Assembly (NCBI GenBank): GCA_964035545.1
Contig: OZ037771.1
Coordinates: 7,679,208-7,743,207, forward strand
Direction: 5' to 3'
Origin: Bugula neritina
Taxonomy: Eukaryota; Animalia; Bryozoa
Length of the DNA: 64,000 nt
Numbering within the stretch: position 1 is the stretch's first letter; every line of letters starts with the position of its first letter. The notes below the pieces were generated by a model, which searched no databases, had not been told where the DNA came from, and saw only the letters and a list, made by a program, of their open reading frames with translations. A program made the position numbers and the translations under genes. Below, one piece after another: positions 1 to 12,900 of this stretch.

Positions 1-717
1 TCAACTACTCAGTTTTTAAGGTGTTTATATAGTGTTTTGTCAGATTTCTTGAGCTGTTTGTGGTATAAGCGTTGCATACAAGATCATTGTTATCACATTA
101 TCTCCTTATTTAGAGAAGATAACTTCACATCGTCAGATATTTGCTAACAAGCTGTTTTTAGAAGCACCCTGGCTCTATTTTATCATCTTTTTTTATCATT
201 TTCATATGCCCAGTGAATTCTAACTATTTTTTTATTTTCTGATTTTGCAGATCATGTTTGGAAGTTGCCTTCACCCTGATGCTAATACTGAGGCAGAGGT
301 GCTGCACTAGGATGTTATAATGATATGAATAATAATGTTTACTGCAAAATGAAAATATACCAGTCTGTCTTGCATCTTTATTTCAGTTAACTATTTTCCC
401 ACATATATTGAATGATGACAGTTTCATGTTCAACATACCACCCTCTTATATTAATTATTTTGTAAACCTTTTCTCACATTTGACATGTTTTTATGATTTA
501 TTACCTACTATAAAAGATGTTGAGATTTTGAAAAATTTATGAGGTTGAAGTTTTGTCTGCCGTAGTCATGCATAAATATTTTACTAGCAGTTTTATGAAA
601 CGCTTAGCTTCGAGTTTGATGGACTTACATGCTACCTTGACATAGATATTACCCCATCTCCACAATGCTTATTAGGAAACTGCAGCTATTTGCAACATAA
701 TTATAAAGTGCAATATA

Positions 718-723
718 TTTATT
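718..723 (-). terminator. Candidate polyadenylation signal (AATAAA) for copy A
   Basis: tttatt about 380 nt past the stop. Conserved in copy B at 21666-21671, where A/B similarity ends. Confidence 0.5.
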
Positions 724-1100
724 TCGTGAATAAATGTGCTAGTAAATATGAGTAAATAATGTTAGCAATCATATAGTAATAGTGTATACATACAAAATCA
801 TTTGTCACTAGACTAAGTGCATGAGCTATGTATATGCAGAAGCATATATACATAGTATAGCAAAAGTATAAAATTGTAAATAGCAGTAAATATGTATATT
901 CATAGTTCGCAGGTAAAGTATATCACATAGCAGTATATAGAGTGTCACATGTATAGAGCATGTAGTAAAATATAATACCACATGCAAGGTTTAGATACTG
1001 TAGTCAGTATATACATAATATCTGTATTAAATGTGTATATATGATATAAATAGTGTAGTACCATACTCTACATGTCCACACAGGGATGTGGGAGCTCAGT

Positions 1101-3973
1101 CTACCACTCTCCATAGAATAAAGGAAACAAGTAAATCTTCCTTCTACCAGTGAGAGTATTTATAACCACAGGAGTCTGTGTCACGTAAACAGTTGGATTT
1201 CTTTCTCTCCTTTTACCAGATATTTTCCTCACTCTGTGCTTCACCTTTAAATATTTTAAAACTAAATATATGCTGTTGTTTGCAGACATCAAAATTTTTA
1301 TTTTTTTAAAATATACTAGATGGAAAACTAGAACAAATGTTATTCAAATAAAATATCAAGAAATTCTGTTCTAACAGAGATAATAGAAAGGTATCAAATC
1401 TGAAAAAACATAATATAATGTGCAGGAAGCTTATAAAAAGTATTATATATGAAATAGAGAACTCAGTAAAGCTCATTCACTCTGCATCTTATACTATGAC
1501 TATATCAAACTGCGACTATACTATACTATTACATGACGATGTTATACTATGACTATACTATACTATGACTATACAATAACATGACTATAATATTACACTA
1601 TGACTATATTATACTATGACTATACTACACTATGACTATAATATACTATGACTATACTATGACTATACTATACTATAACTATATTATTCTATGACTATAT
1701 TATACTATTGTAGTAATTTGTGCAATTACTGAGCGTGAGTTATTTACTTGCGTATAGTTAGCTGGTTATTCTGCTATCAATTACTAGGGTAGCTGTCGAG
1801 TACTTATATTTATTATCCACAATAAAGCATAAAACAAACATCACATCAAATTATCCTATACAACAGTCAACTACTAACACATGTTACTACTTTAAGCCTC
1901 CGCTTACAACAACGTGATATAATGTTAATAACCCGGGAAGTGTCACGTGAATCGGAAGCATATCTTCCGGAGCTGCTAATTGGTTGCTACATAATGGTCT
2001 AAGTATTCCAAAAGTAGGGAGAGGACGATTCCCGTATTTGTACTTTGCACTACTCACTACACCATGACTATACTATACTATGACTATACTATACTATGAC
2101 TATATTGTACTATGACTATATTATACTATGACTATAATATACTATGACTATATTATACTATGGCTACATATTATATTATGACTATATTATACTATGACTA
2201 TACTATAACTAGTCACTACACCTATACTACTGTGACTACACCACACTGACTAATATGAAAACAGCCTCCTCTGAATAGGAATTGATGTCACAGGAAGTTA
2301 CTCACAATATCAAATAAGTCAGCAAGATCACGATGACAGCCATGTCTGTGTAAAGTCCTGACAAGTGTTCTTATCAATAATGAGCCACCGTAATCAAACT
2401 TCATAGAAGCACTGTCTATTAAAATAACACAATGAGTTGAATAGTAAATATTACACAGTGTAAAGTAACAGTGAGTGACACTATCCAGTAAAAACTGGTG
2501 AGAAATGCTAATTGAAAATTTGAAAATTGGGTTATTTCAGCAACGAAAGGTATATCTTGAGAAAGTCACATGACTGGTGGGTTTCAAAACTACTTGATGG
2601 TGATTGGGAGTTGTGGCCCATGGTTTAGGTGAAAAGGGATTAACCACACAGAATTGTTTGTAACTTAATCGTCTCACTTTAAATTAAAAACATTCAGCTA
2701 GAGAAAATACTTAGCCGAGTATTTTTAGGCAGCAGAGTATAAACTGTACAGACTAGTGTATCACAGATTACATGAAAACTAGATAACTGTAACTCACACA
2801 CAAATGGTCTATGTACTCAGTTCAGGTTTATGAAAGGTCATGTGATTAGACAGCACACCACAGCTGCTACCTGCTCTTTTTATTCTATTTGTTACTAATT
2901 TTCAATTGAATAATGGATTTGCGTTTAAAATTTTGGCCGATAACACCCTGAGCAAACTTTATTAATAAAATTATGACAATCCTAAAATGATGCAAGAAAT
3001 ATTCGTTTCTTTCGGTGGACAAAATTCTTACTTTCAAAGCATGAGTGAAGGATTAGAAGGTCGTCAACATCAAAGTTCCTCTGTCCAGTTGAAGTCTCAG
3101 CTTCCTGTTGATGAGTTTTGAGAGCAGAAAGTTCTGGTGAGGAGGAGTTGGTACTCTGTTGAATATTCTGCTCAGTTTGACTGACTGAGTTACCTGATTG
3201 ATTAGTAACACATGTGATATACCAACCAGTATTCTATGTATATGTATGAAGACTAGAGTATCATATAATACAGTATTACAATAGTATAATATATTCTTAC
3301 TCGTATCATATCTACACTCACCAACTCTGCACGCCTGAATAACCACAACTTTAGGCTTGCCGGCCATGTTGGGAAAATTTGTAGAGTTAATGAGACTGTA
3401 GATCTGTGTTAGATAGACTGGCTGTGAGTCAACTCCATGAATCATTCCATTAGCTCCGTGTGCAAACAGAAACAGGAAGAACATACCATAAGTGTTATGA
3501 ATCTCATCTCTTGTCTCTGATTGAATACACTGGAGTATCTCCTGTATATGAATATAACACAACACACACAATATACAAACTCAAGCAAGCATATTTGTCA
3601 CATCTCGTACTAGCCTCTAGGAAGTTAGCTCCGTGAAACAAAAGTTAGCCTAAAAGCGAAGATTCTGCATTTCCCGAACTTGATAACTGATTCAATAGAC
3701 AAGTCTGCAGGCTATTATAACAGTGAAGTGAGACATTAACCACTATTAACTAGTCACACTACGTGATAAGAAAAGGGAGACAACTACAAGTAAATAGAAA
3801 TATACCTCAGCTGTGAGATCCTTCTGCTTCACAACCTCAAATCTCATCTTCCTGAACAGAGCAAATGTGTTGTCAACATCATAACTAGAGCCAAGTCTCT
3901 GTCCTATATTTCTATACTTGTTGTTGTTTATAATCAGAGCTCTTCCTCTGAATGGACTCGTCATCTTGTATAT
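1101..3973 (-). CDS. Caspase domain of copy A (5 exons: p20, linker, p10)
   Basis: IYKMTSPFRGRALIINN...QRLGSSYDVD...FLFAHG...GKPKVVVIQACRVG, linker, DLLILHSCFENSASMKFDYGGSLLIRTL...VKHRV...QTPVVINTLTGRRKIYLFP. Confidence 0.92.
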
Positions 3974-6900
3974 CTGTAGATACAGACTATGTAATTAGTT
4001 TAGTACTTATTCATCTCATATTATAAGCAACTGAAGAATAATGAGTTAAAAATCATCCATGAGTAGACTAATATGGTTTCGGACATATTGTGTGGCTTTA
4101 ACACAGGTGCCAGCCTTAACAGTGCTGGGAAAATTGAAAGTACAACCTGGCAGTTTGTTCCATAGATTAGTGACCATCATTCATACTTACCGTACCGTAG
4201 GCCGTAACAGCAAATATCAGCCATTTTTACAAATGTCTGAGCTTCCTGTATGGCATTGTGGTACGTTAGGATCAAGCGCTGCTTGATTCAAAAATGTTGC
4301 GGCGGCTTTCTATTGGACAGAAAAACTTTTGCGTCAACGCTCAAGGAGAGCCAAGGCTATACAGAGATAACAGAGAGGAGAGCCAAGGCTATAGAGAGAC
4401 AATAGAGAAGAGAGCCAAGGCTATACAGAGATAACAGAAAAGAGAGCCAAGGCTATACAGAGATGACAGAGAGGAGAGCCAAGGCTATAGAATATTCAAC
4501 ATGACATACAAACCTCTGAAGTGTTGATGAAGAGAGACTTGATACTCTGATTAGTAGTAGGAACTAGTGTCAACTTGGTAAGATCTTCTGAAGTGGAGGT
4601 AGTACCTTCTTCTTCGTCCGAAACATCACTCAGTACATCATCAGTACCAACAGTATGAGTAGCAGCTCCACTGTGTCCAATATTATCTACATGTACAGGA
4701 AACATCACATAAACAGCTCACAGAAATGTAATGAAACCAGCAACCTACAGGAACAACTTCAACTGTCAATAACAAACATGGAGAATCAGAAAGGAAGAAA
4801 GTTATTCCTAATCAATTCACTAGAAGTAAGTTTAACTCAAGATACCTGGTGGCTTGTAGTTGGTCTTCACAAAGTCACTCAGTTTCTGCAGCTCATCTCC
4901 AGAAAGCTGAAAAACTGCAATATAAGTATGAATTATGGAGGTTGCTATTACTTGGACAGTACATCGCCATCTAAATATTCTATAAATAACCCAACAGAAG
5001 ACAATCATACTAACTTGGGTGTAAAAGACAAGCTGGGATATCTCTGTATTTTCCACATCTACCAGGTGATGAATCTGAAGTCATGGGAAGGGATTCACCA
5101 TACTTTGGAGGTCGACACCAGGGTGGGTTGATGAACCTCTTTGGTCGCTTTTCTCCAACCAATGGGCAGTGAGCACACAAGTTGATACAGGTAATTTTAC
5201 TTGCTCCCCACCATAAGTTGAAGTACTTTACGGTTGAATGAACTGAAGTGGTCAACATCCTCCAAGCATTGCCTATCTGTCGACAAGCAGACGTTACGGA
5301 GATACTGAGTTTACAAGATTTGTAGTCATGCAGCAACTGCAGGGTGTAAGCTTCGTCTCTCAGCTCCACTCCATTCTTTTTCACAGCTTTTTCACTACAA
5401 TCCTGGATATCATTGAGAAGTTTCACAGAAATCTGGTGGTAAACGTACTGAGGGGGAGTCAGGCCACCAAACAACATGTCTACTGACAGCTTTACAGGTT
5501 GTCTCCTGGAGGCAGTCAAGTCGGTGAAATACTCCTGTGAGCAGTATGGCATAGTGTAACTTAGTTTCTGGGATGAATCTTTCATCTCGAATAACAACTG
5601 GAAAGATTGCAGCAATGCGACTGCCACCTTCATCTTGTCACTCGTGGTGAAGCTGGTCTCTGCTATCAGAAGATGCTGAAACAGCTTCTCACCCATCCCG
5701 CCAGTTCGAACAAACTCTTGAGCCAAATTATTAAACTCTGTTTTATTTTCTGTCAACAGAATATCAAGTGAATCCTCTTCAATCGCTGACCGTCGATTGC
5801 TCCACACTTCCTTCTCGTGAGTGAAGAATACGTGGAGCAGCTTTGTAACCACGGAGATGTCGTAGAATACCAGAGACTGCAAACTCTCCCTATCCTGGTA
5901 CCAAATGAGATGGCCGCTGTTATGCATGTATGACAGAATCACTCTCAGCTGGTCTTCACTTTCCAACTTGCATTCAGTGACAAGTTGAAGCACTTCTGGA
6001 AATGTCTTGTAACTTCCATGGAATGAGTTGAATGTTTGAGCAACTTTTCTCCACAGAGTAGGCACCTTCTTCACGACTAGTTTACTATCAGATATGATAT
6101 GACTTCTCAGCTGATCAAACACCTCTTCATATTCATCACCCACAACATATATATCTTGTTCTTGAAACATCTCTTGGCACTGAAAAAGAAAAACTTGTGC
6201 AAAGGAGCTGGAATAATTCTCTTTAGAATTTTCTTCTAGTTGTATCAAATTGAATACACTTTTGGTGTGGAAAAAGAACAGCCTTTTTAGCTCTTCAAAT
6301 CCATCTGCACTGTAAGCATCTCGGTGAGTGAAAACCAGTTTGGGTGCTCTGAGCCCGGGATTGGCCAGGTACAGATGTGAGAGCCAATCAAAATATGTGC
6401 ATCGAACTGCTTCATTACCATTCACTTCTAAACAGAGCTCTTCAAACTCTTTTAGATTCACAACCACAATAGGAATACAGTTCTGTTTCAACGTGAACTG
6501 GTAGGTAGATTGGTATATTTTATTGCCACCAAAATCTATGAACTGAAGAACATTGTCACCAACCACTAACTTTTCCATATTGAAGACACGAGTTATTTCA
6601 TCTTCCACTGCATCAGCCGCTCTATTGGTTAATTTCCTTTTGCCATCTGATCCCACCAGCGTTTTAGTCAGGCTGGTTTTGCCAGACAGCGATCTACCCA
6701 CTAGAGCGACCGTAGCTTCAGAAACTTCTACATGACCACCAGAACTAAGATCGTTATAATACTGTCTGATAGCTGGTAGTCCGTCTACACACACAGCATA
6801 AGGTGGAGATGTGAGTGATACACACATGTAGCAGTACAGTTTAGTCAGATTAGGCATGTTGAGAAGTTGAGGAGTTAAAGATGTCATCTGAGAGTTGAGT

Positions 6901-9900
6901 GACAAGTCTAAGACTTGGAGATTCTTGAGTTGACCAACACTACCAAGTAAGTATACAGTATAACTTTAGTATTATTCTATATCAAATGTGTTATGTTTAA
7001 AAGTAAAACTTGATTGAATACATAATAGTTAGGTATCTAATATAGCCTGAGAGAGAAATAGTGTTTGACAGCACAACTGTTGCAAATGACTAGAACACAG
7101 GCCAAACTGAAAATATACCGATTACTTGACTTAACAGTAAAACTATTACAGTGAAAAAATAGAGTATTGAGTCACAATTTACAAATTGTGTTACATGTAA
7201 AAACTTTGGATCTACAATAATACAATTGTAATATATGGAAATTGTATTATTGCAAAACTATTAAAGCCATGCGTAAAAGTTTTGACACCCTCATACATTT
7301 TTGCAGCTTTGAAAAATGGCTAAACAGGATGTTCAATCTCCTAATGTTTCAAACAATTTAAAGTAATGCCATAATGTTACATATGGTATTGTGTGTTGTT
7401 TTGTAATCTAACTAAACACATTTAAACAATTTCAAATAGATAAACTATATTTGCTCTTAGAAGTTCCTGATATGAAGTAAATTTTCCTGTGTTGTTTACC
7501 CATTTAGGTTAATTTTTGCCTTCATACCATTGTACATTCAAGGCAAAATAGTGTATTGTGAATGAATATTTACAAAGTTTCAATCTGGGAACAAACATTG
7601 CGCAACTTAAAATGAAACTGTATTACAGACTGAGTAAGCAGCAATGACATAATATACCTCACAATTCTACTATTTTCTAAACTCAAACTTCACTTCATTA
7701 TGATGAGTGGTGGAAGACAAAATTTTAGTAGACAGCAGTCATCAAACTAAGAAGTGTAATGTTTTGAATGTTAACTGCATGCATTAGAGTTGTTTGTTAT
7801 TACTGCATGAATCAGATGATTTTTGGCAACTGTATGATGTCATATTCTGCATGTATATAACATGAAGATTTACAAATAAATAGTTAGTTTTAGCTCTCAA
7901 CGAAGTGTAGTCTCTACAGCATAAATATAATAACTGCAACTTAACACAACATAAAAAGAAGTACTAAAAGAAAGAAGTAATTAGGTTTGGTTTTGCAGCA
8001 TTACAGAAAACTGGGGAGTGAGTTTTGGAATGTTATGACATTGGTGATTTCATACTTATAATTGGCTCATGAAAATTACTACTCTATGGCAAGAACTGGT
8101 GAAATAAAAATTTCTGAAAGATAAATTCATGCTGCCAGCTTTGTGGAGATTATGCAGAAAAAAGCAACTTTAGAGAAAGTATAAAAAATTTACTTTCTAC
8201 CATACTTTCCTAGTAAAAGAGAGGAAGTTCAAGTACTTCAGTGGCCCATGCAAAAGTTAAAATAGATTTATAGACAATACAAAGAAAAGTAGCTGAGATA
8301 AAACCAACTGACATGGTCCATTTAGCTAGAACTGTCATCAATGCATGGTACAGGATGTGAGATAAACTACAAAATCAGCTGTGCTAGTGGAGAATATGTC
8401 AGCCTACTGCCTAGCAGTCATTGGTGCTAATAGTTACTCACTCACACTGAAACACTGACATGTTATGTGCAAGAATCTTTTCACACACAGAAGACATCCC
8501 ATTCTACAATCTTCTTCATTTTGCTAACCAAATAAAGAGAAAATTTCAATTCACGCATAATTATGTTTTAGTGCAAAATTTGATGGTAAAGGGCTTTTTA
8601 GCACTTTTCTATCAATAATCTCGTGTTATACAGTTGAAAATTATCTAGAGTTGTAGCTCAGCCAATCAGTTCCATTATATACATATTCAAATATTTTTAG
8701 CATGTAAAATTTCAGAAATTGCAAATAAAGATGTAAACTTGTAAACAATTTGGGGGTGTCAAAACTTTTACTCGTGACTGTATAATATATTGCAAGCTGC
8801 AATCAGATTTATTCAAACTTAGTAATCTCTATAGTTTATATAAAATAGATGATCATATATGATATCTTATATGTTTACATAATAGTAAAACATATATAAC
8901 TAATATAACTCACCTGTCTGATAATGTATGTAAGTGACAGTCCTCTAGACTTAACTGTGTAAGTGACTCCATCTTTGGTATCACCTCAGGTAATGTTCCT
9001 AACTTATTACCAGACACAACTAATGTGTGTAGATGTGTGAGTTGGGAGAGACTGTAATATACATACAATATACCATGACTATAATTATACAAGTTACAGG
9101 AATATTATATGGTAGATATGCGGTGACTCTAAATTATTATTGCCTTGCAGGTAAGAATTGTGTCAGTTATCTCTGTTTTAGTATTATATCCACTTCATCA
9201 CTAGAGAGTAGGTATGCTGGGACTTCTAGTATCACTTCTATTATACTTTATTATATGTTTACATAATAGTAGAACATATATAACTAATATAACTCACCTG
9301 TCTGGTAATATATGTAAGTCACAGTACTGTAGAAATATCTCTGTAAGTGACTCCATCTTTGGTATTACCTCAGGTAATGTTCCTAACTTATTCTCAGACA
9401 CATCTAATGTGTGTAGATGTGTGAGTTGGGAGAGACTGTAATATACATACAATATACCATGACTATAATTATACAAGTGACAGGTATCTTATATGATAGA
9501 TATGCAGTGAGTCTCAATTATTATTGCTTTGTAACTTGTAAGTATGAATTGGGTAAGTTATTAGCATTTGAGTATTATATTCACTTTATCACTAGAGAGT
9601 GGGTATGCTGGGACTACTAGTATTAATTTTATTCTACTTTATTATATATGTTTACATAATAGTAGACTATATATAACTAATATAACTCACCTGTCAGGTA
9701 ATGTGTGTAAGTAACAGTACTGTAGACGTAACTCTGTAAGTGACTCCATCTTTGGTATCATCTCAGGTAATGTTCCTAACTTATTATAGGACACATTTAA
9801 TGTGTGTAGATGTGTGAGTTGGGAGAGACTGTAATATACATACAATATACCATGACTATAATTATACAAGTTACAGGAATATTATGTCAAACATGTTATG

Positions 9901-12900
9901 AGCTTTTATTATTTCTGCTCTGCAAGTATGAATTGTTTATAGTCTGGCAGAAAAACACCAATTTTTGACTTAGGTTCGCACCCCCGGATAAAGTTTTTTT
10001 CTCTCCTGATTATTCAAATATAGGGTCTAGGTAAATGTTTCCAGGTGGGTGTGGACTTCTTACCCTTGAGCATTTTGAGAAATTCAAGATGGCCGCCAGG
10101 CACCAAATGATTTTTTCTAATTCAAATGTACCTACCCATTGGGGCTAAATTTAAGGTTCCAATGCTTTGAAATCTTTAGAAATTAATATAATAAAGATGC
10201 ATGTGCCTTTATCATATGCATTATTGAGTAATAGGCAAATGATACCCAAGGGTAACTAAGCTAAGCCTTAATCATTCATTTTTTCAAGTTTAACCTAGCC
10301 TTGCCGTGTTTATAATTTCCTTTTATCTCTGCATCAGTTTGTTCTAACTTCATAAAAGTTTACTATATGGTGTGATTTTATATGCTGATTACAAGTATGT
10401 CCACCAAATAAAGCTGAAAGGAGTTCTGCAAACTTAAAATGCAACGTCATTGCCATATGAGTTGAATAGCAATTTATTTCCAACTGGCATGCCTATCGAA
10501 AAGATTTGTTGAGCTGCCAACTTAATAGTTATTTTCAGTTTTAAAACTTTAGCTATGTTTTTTAAAGTTATAAAAAGGGGTCAAAAATTTTAATAACACA
10601 GCACCAAGGCTTCTTAACATAATTTAATTGCTTTATTATTGACACATCATTTATCTAAATATTGACATTTTTGCTTTCGAAAACTATTTCTACAATCAGC
10701 CCATTTGACTTTTCCTCTAAAAGCATTTGCAACAGTTTTTTATAAATGAAAATGTATTTCATGCTGAGGGAAGTAATACATCTATTAGAACAGTGGTTCC
10801 CTACCTTTTTCATACCAATCCCCTTTCATTAACGTTTACTATTAATTTCTCCCCTTTTAATGACCTATGTTGGGTGCACTGGAACACTAATAGCTGAAAG
10901 TGGTTTGGTAGAAGTAGTTAATTCTACTTTTGGTTGTTTCTCCAAAATGCTAAATAGAAAAAGTTTCTCCAGAATGTACAAGGTTTGAGAATATTGGTGG
11001 GAGAACTGTTAAAGCTAGTCTTGATGAAAGTGTAATCACTAGCATGAAGGAGCTTGAAAAGATGTTGATTAAGATTGCAGAGAGCTCAAGAACAGCAAAA
11101 CTGTGGGCCATGTGCTTTATTGGACCAATTTTTACCATCAACACCCACATCATATCTGTTAGAAAATGAGACTGGGCCTTATACCTAGCAATAGAAGAGG
11201 AAATGCACTATCTGCATAGCGTGGAGGTCATGCCACAAGATGTAAGGATTGAATTCGCGGCTGGTAACCACGCAATGCATCATAAACGCGGCCAGCTCGA
11301 CGGCATCTGGTCAGACATGACCATTGAGGTGACCTTTGTGAGATTTGGTCACAGCAAGGGGGAATCATTGGCATCACCACTAAATTTGAAACTCTCAAGG
11401 TGTGGGTGTACAGCACTTCTGCATGCAACAAAATATAGTATGGCCTCAGTGACATCAGGGATGAGTCTGAAATAAATGCTTTCACTACTCATAAGGATGA
11501 GATGCAATCAAGAATCCAATCTGATTCAAAGGACAGGGAGTCTGTCAAACGGAAGATTGAACTCTGCAGTGACCCACTAAAAGAATGATGCCACCCAGTT
11601 GCTCTTGTCAATATTGAAGCAGATAAGTGCAACTGAGATGAGGATGCTTAAAAAAATTTACAATATGAATTGGGAAGACCATGTAACAAATGATAATATA
11701 AAGGAGGAGGCCAAAATAGAAGCTATCGCAATACACATGAGGAGAAGACCTCTTCAATAGTATGGACATGTGCGCAGAAGAGATATGGAGGAAGATATTA
11801 TAATGGTGGCTGAGATGAAGATACAGAGAAAGAGAAAGGGAGAGGGGGGAGGGGGCAAAAAAGGTTAACGGATACAGTGAAGGATGGCATACTGAAATGT
11901 GGCTTCTCAGATGAAGATGTTGACAATAGAATCAGATGACACTCTCTGATAGCACTTGGTGCCCTGCAAAACCGCTACTCATCTTGGACAACGGCGTACT
12001 GGATGAGAAAGTCTGAGACAAAGCCCTATGATGAACAATTTGCTGCCTTCCCATGGTCTCTCAGGGGCAACAATGTAGAATATTGGAAAGGGAGTCCAGT
12101 CATACTAAATGTCTTGGTAGAAGGAAAATGTGATTTGGTGACACTAGTGCTTTTTTCAGGATTACTATTCATACAAGCTACCAAGTTTATGCTATGTTGC
12201 TACAATTATGCAAAGTGCTCCTCCATGACATCTACAAGACAAAAGACTTGGGAAACCAAGGTCAGCAATGCTATTTGCGATGTGCCTTTAACTTATGTAC
12301 TTTGCCTCCTACAGATGAAGCTATTGGACAATGTCACCAGAGCACACCTCCAGGTAGCCATATGAAACTGCGGCATTAAGCCCACTAGAACATTGGTAAG
12401 TGATAGGGAATCTAATAGAATCTCTTTTCCCAAAAGGATTATGAAATGATGTTGTGCTTACACCAGACAGTATTATGAAGTAGATCATGTTAGTTAATTT
12501 GGTGTACACTCGACGGCTCTAGCTTTTGGCGATTTTTTACAGTTTAGCTGCTATTGTATACAGATTTTTGCCTCAAACTATCAAAATTTTAACAAATAAA
12601 ACTGAATAATTAAGGTTTTTCCAATTATGCATGATTTTCTATGTCTATTCCTAATTTATTATTACATTGAGATATTATATAGGCCGTGATGATTCACAAA
12701 TTTATATTCAGCTCGTATGACAATGACGCCGCGCTTAAATGTTGCAGGACCTCTTCCCAGTCATTTTGTTATGCATAGATAGAATCAGCAAATTCTATTA
12801 CCCCATATAGTAAGTTTCATGAATTTTGAGCAAACTTTAAAATGTTTGATCATAATCTGCTGATGTGTACTAAATAAAGTAAAATGGCCCAAATTCATTA

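Noticed and set aside
251-310. Possible terminal exon of a convergent plus-strand gene (ttttgcag|ATCATG...TAG)
   Set aside because: Too short and has no recognisable homology within this window.
3053-3321. C-terminal half of the 172-aa caspase ORF (ECRYDTSK...TTF)
   Set aside because: Read-through of an intron and an off-frame exon; the real frame splices at QACRVG|gtgagt.
8910-9869. 60-aa ORFs starting MYNYSHGILYVYYS as separate small genes
   Set aside because: The N-terminal part is intron sequence upstream of the cag acceptor, and the stop lies in the gtgag donor.
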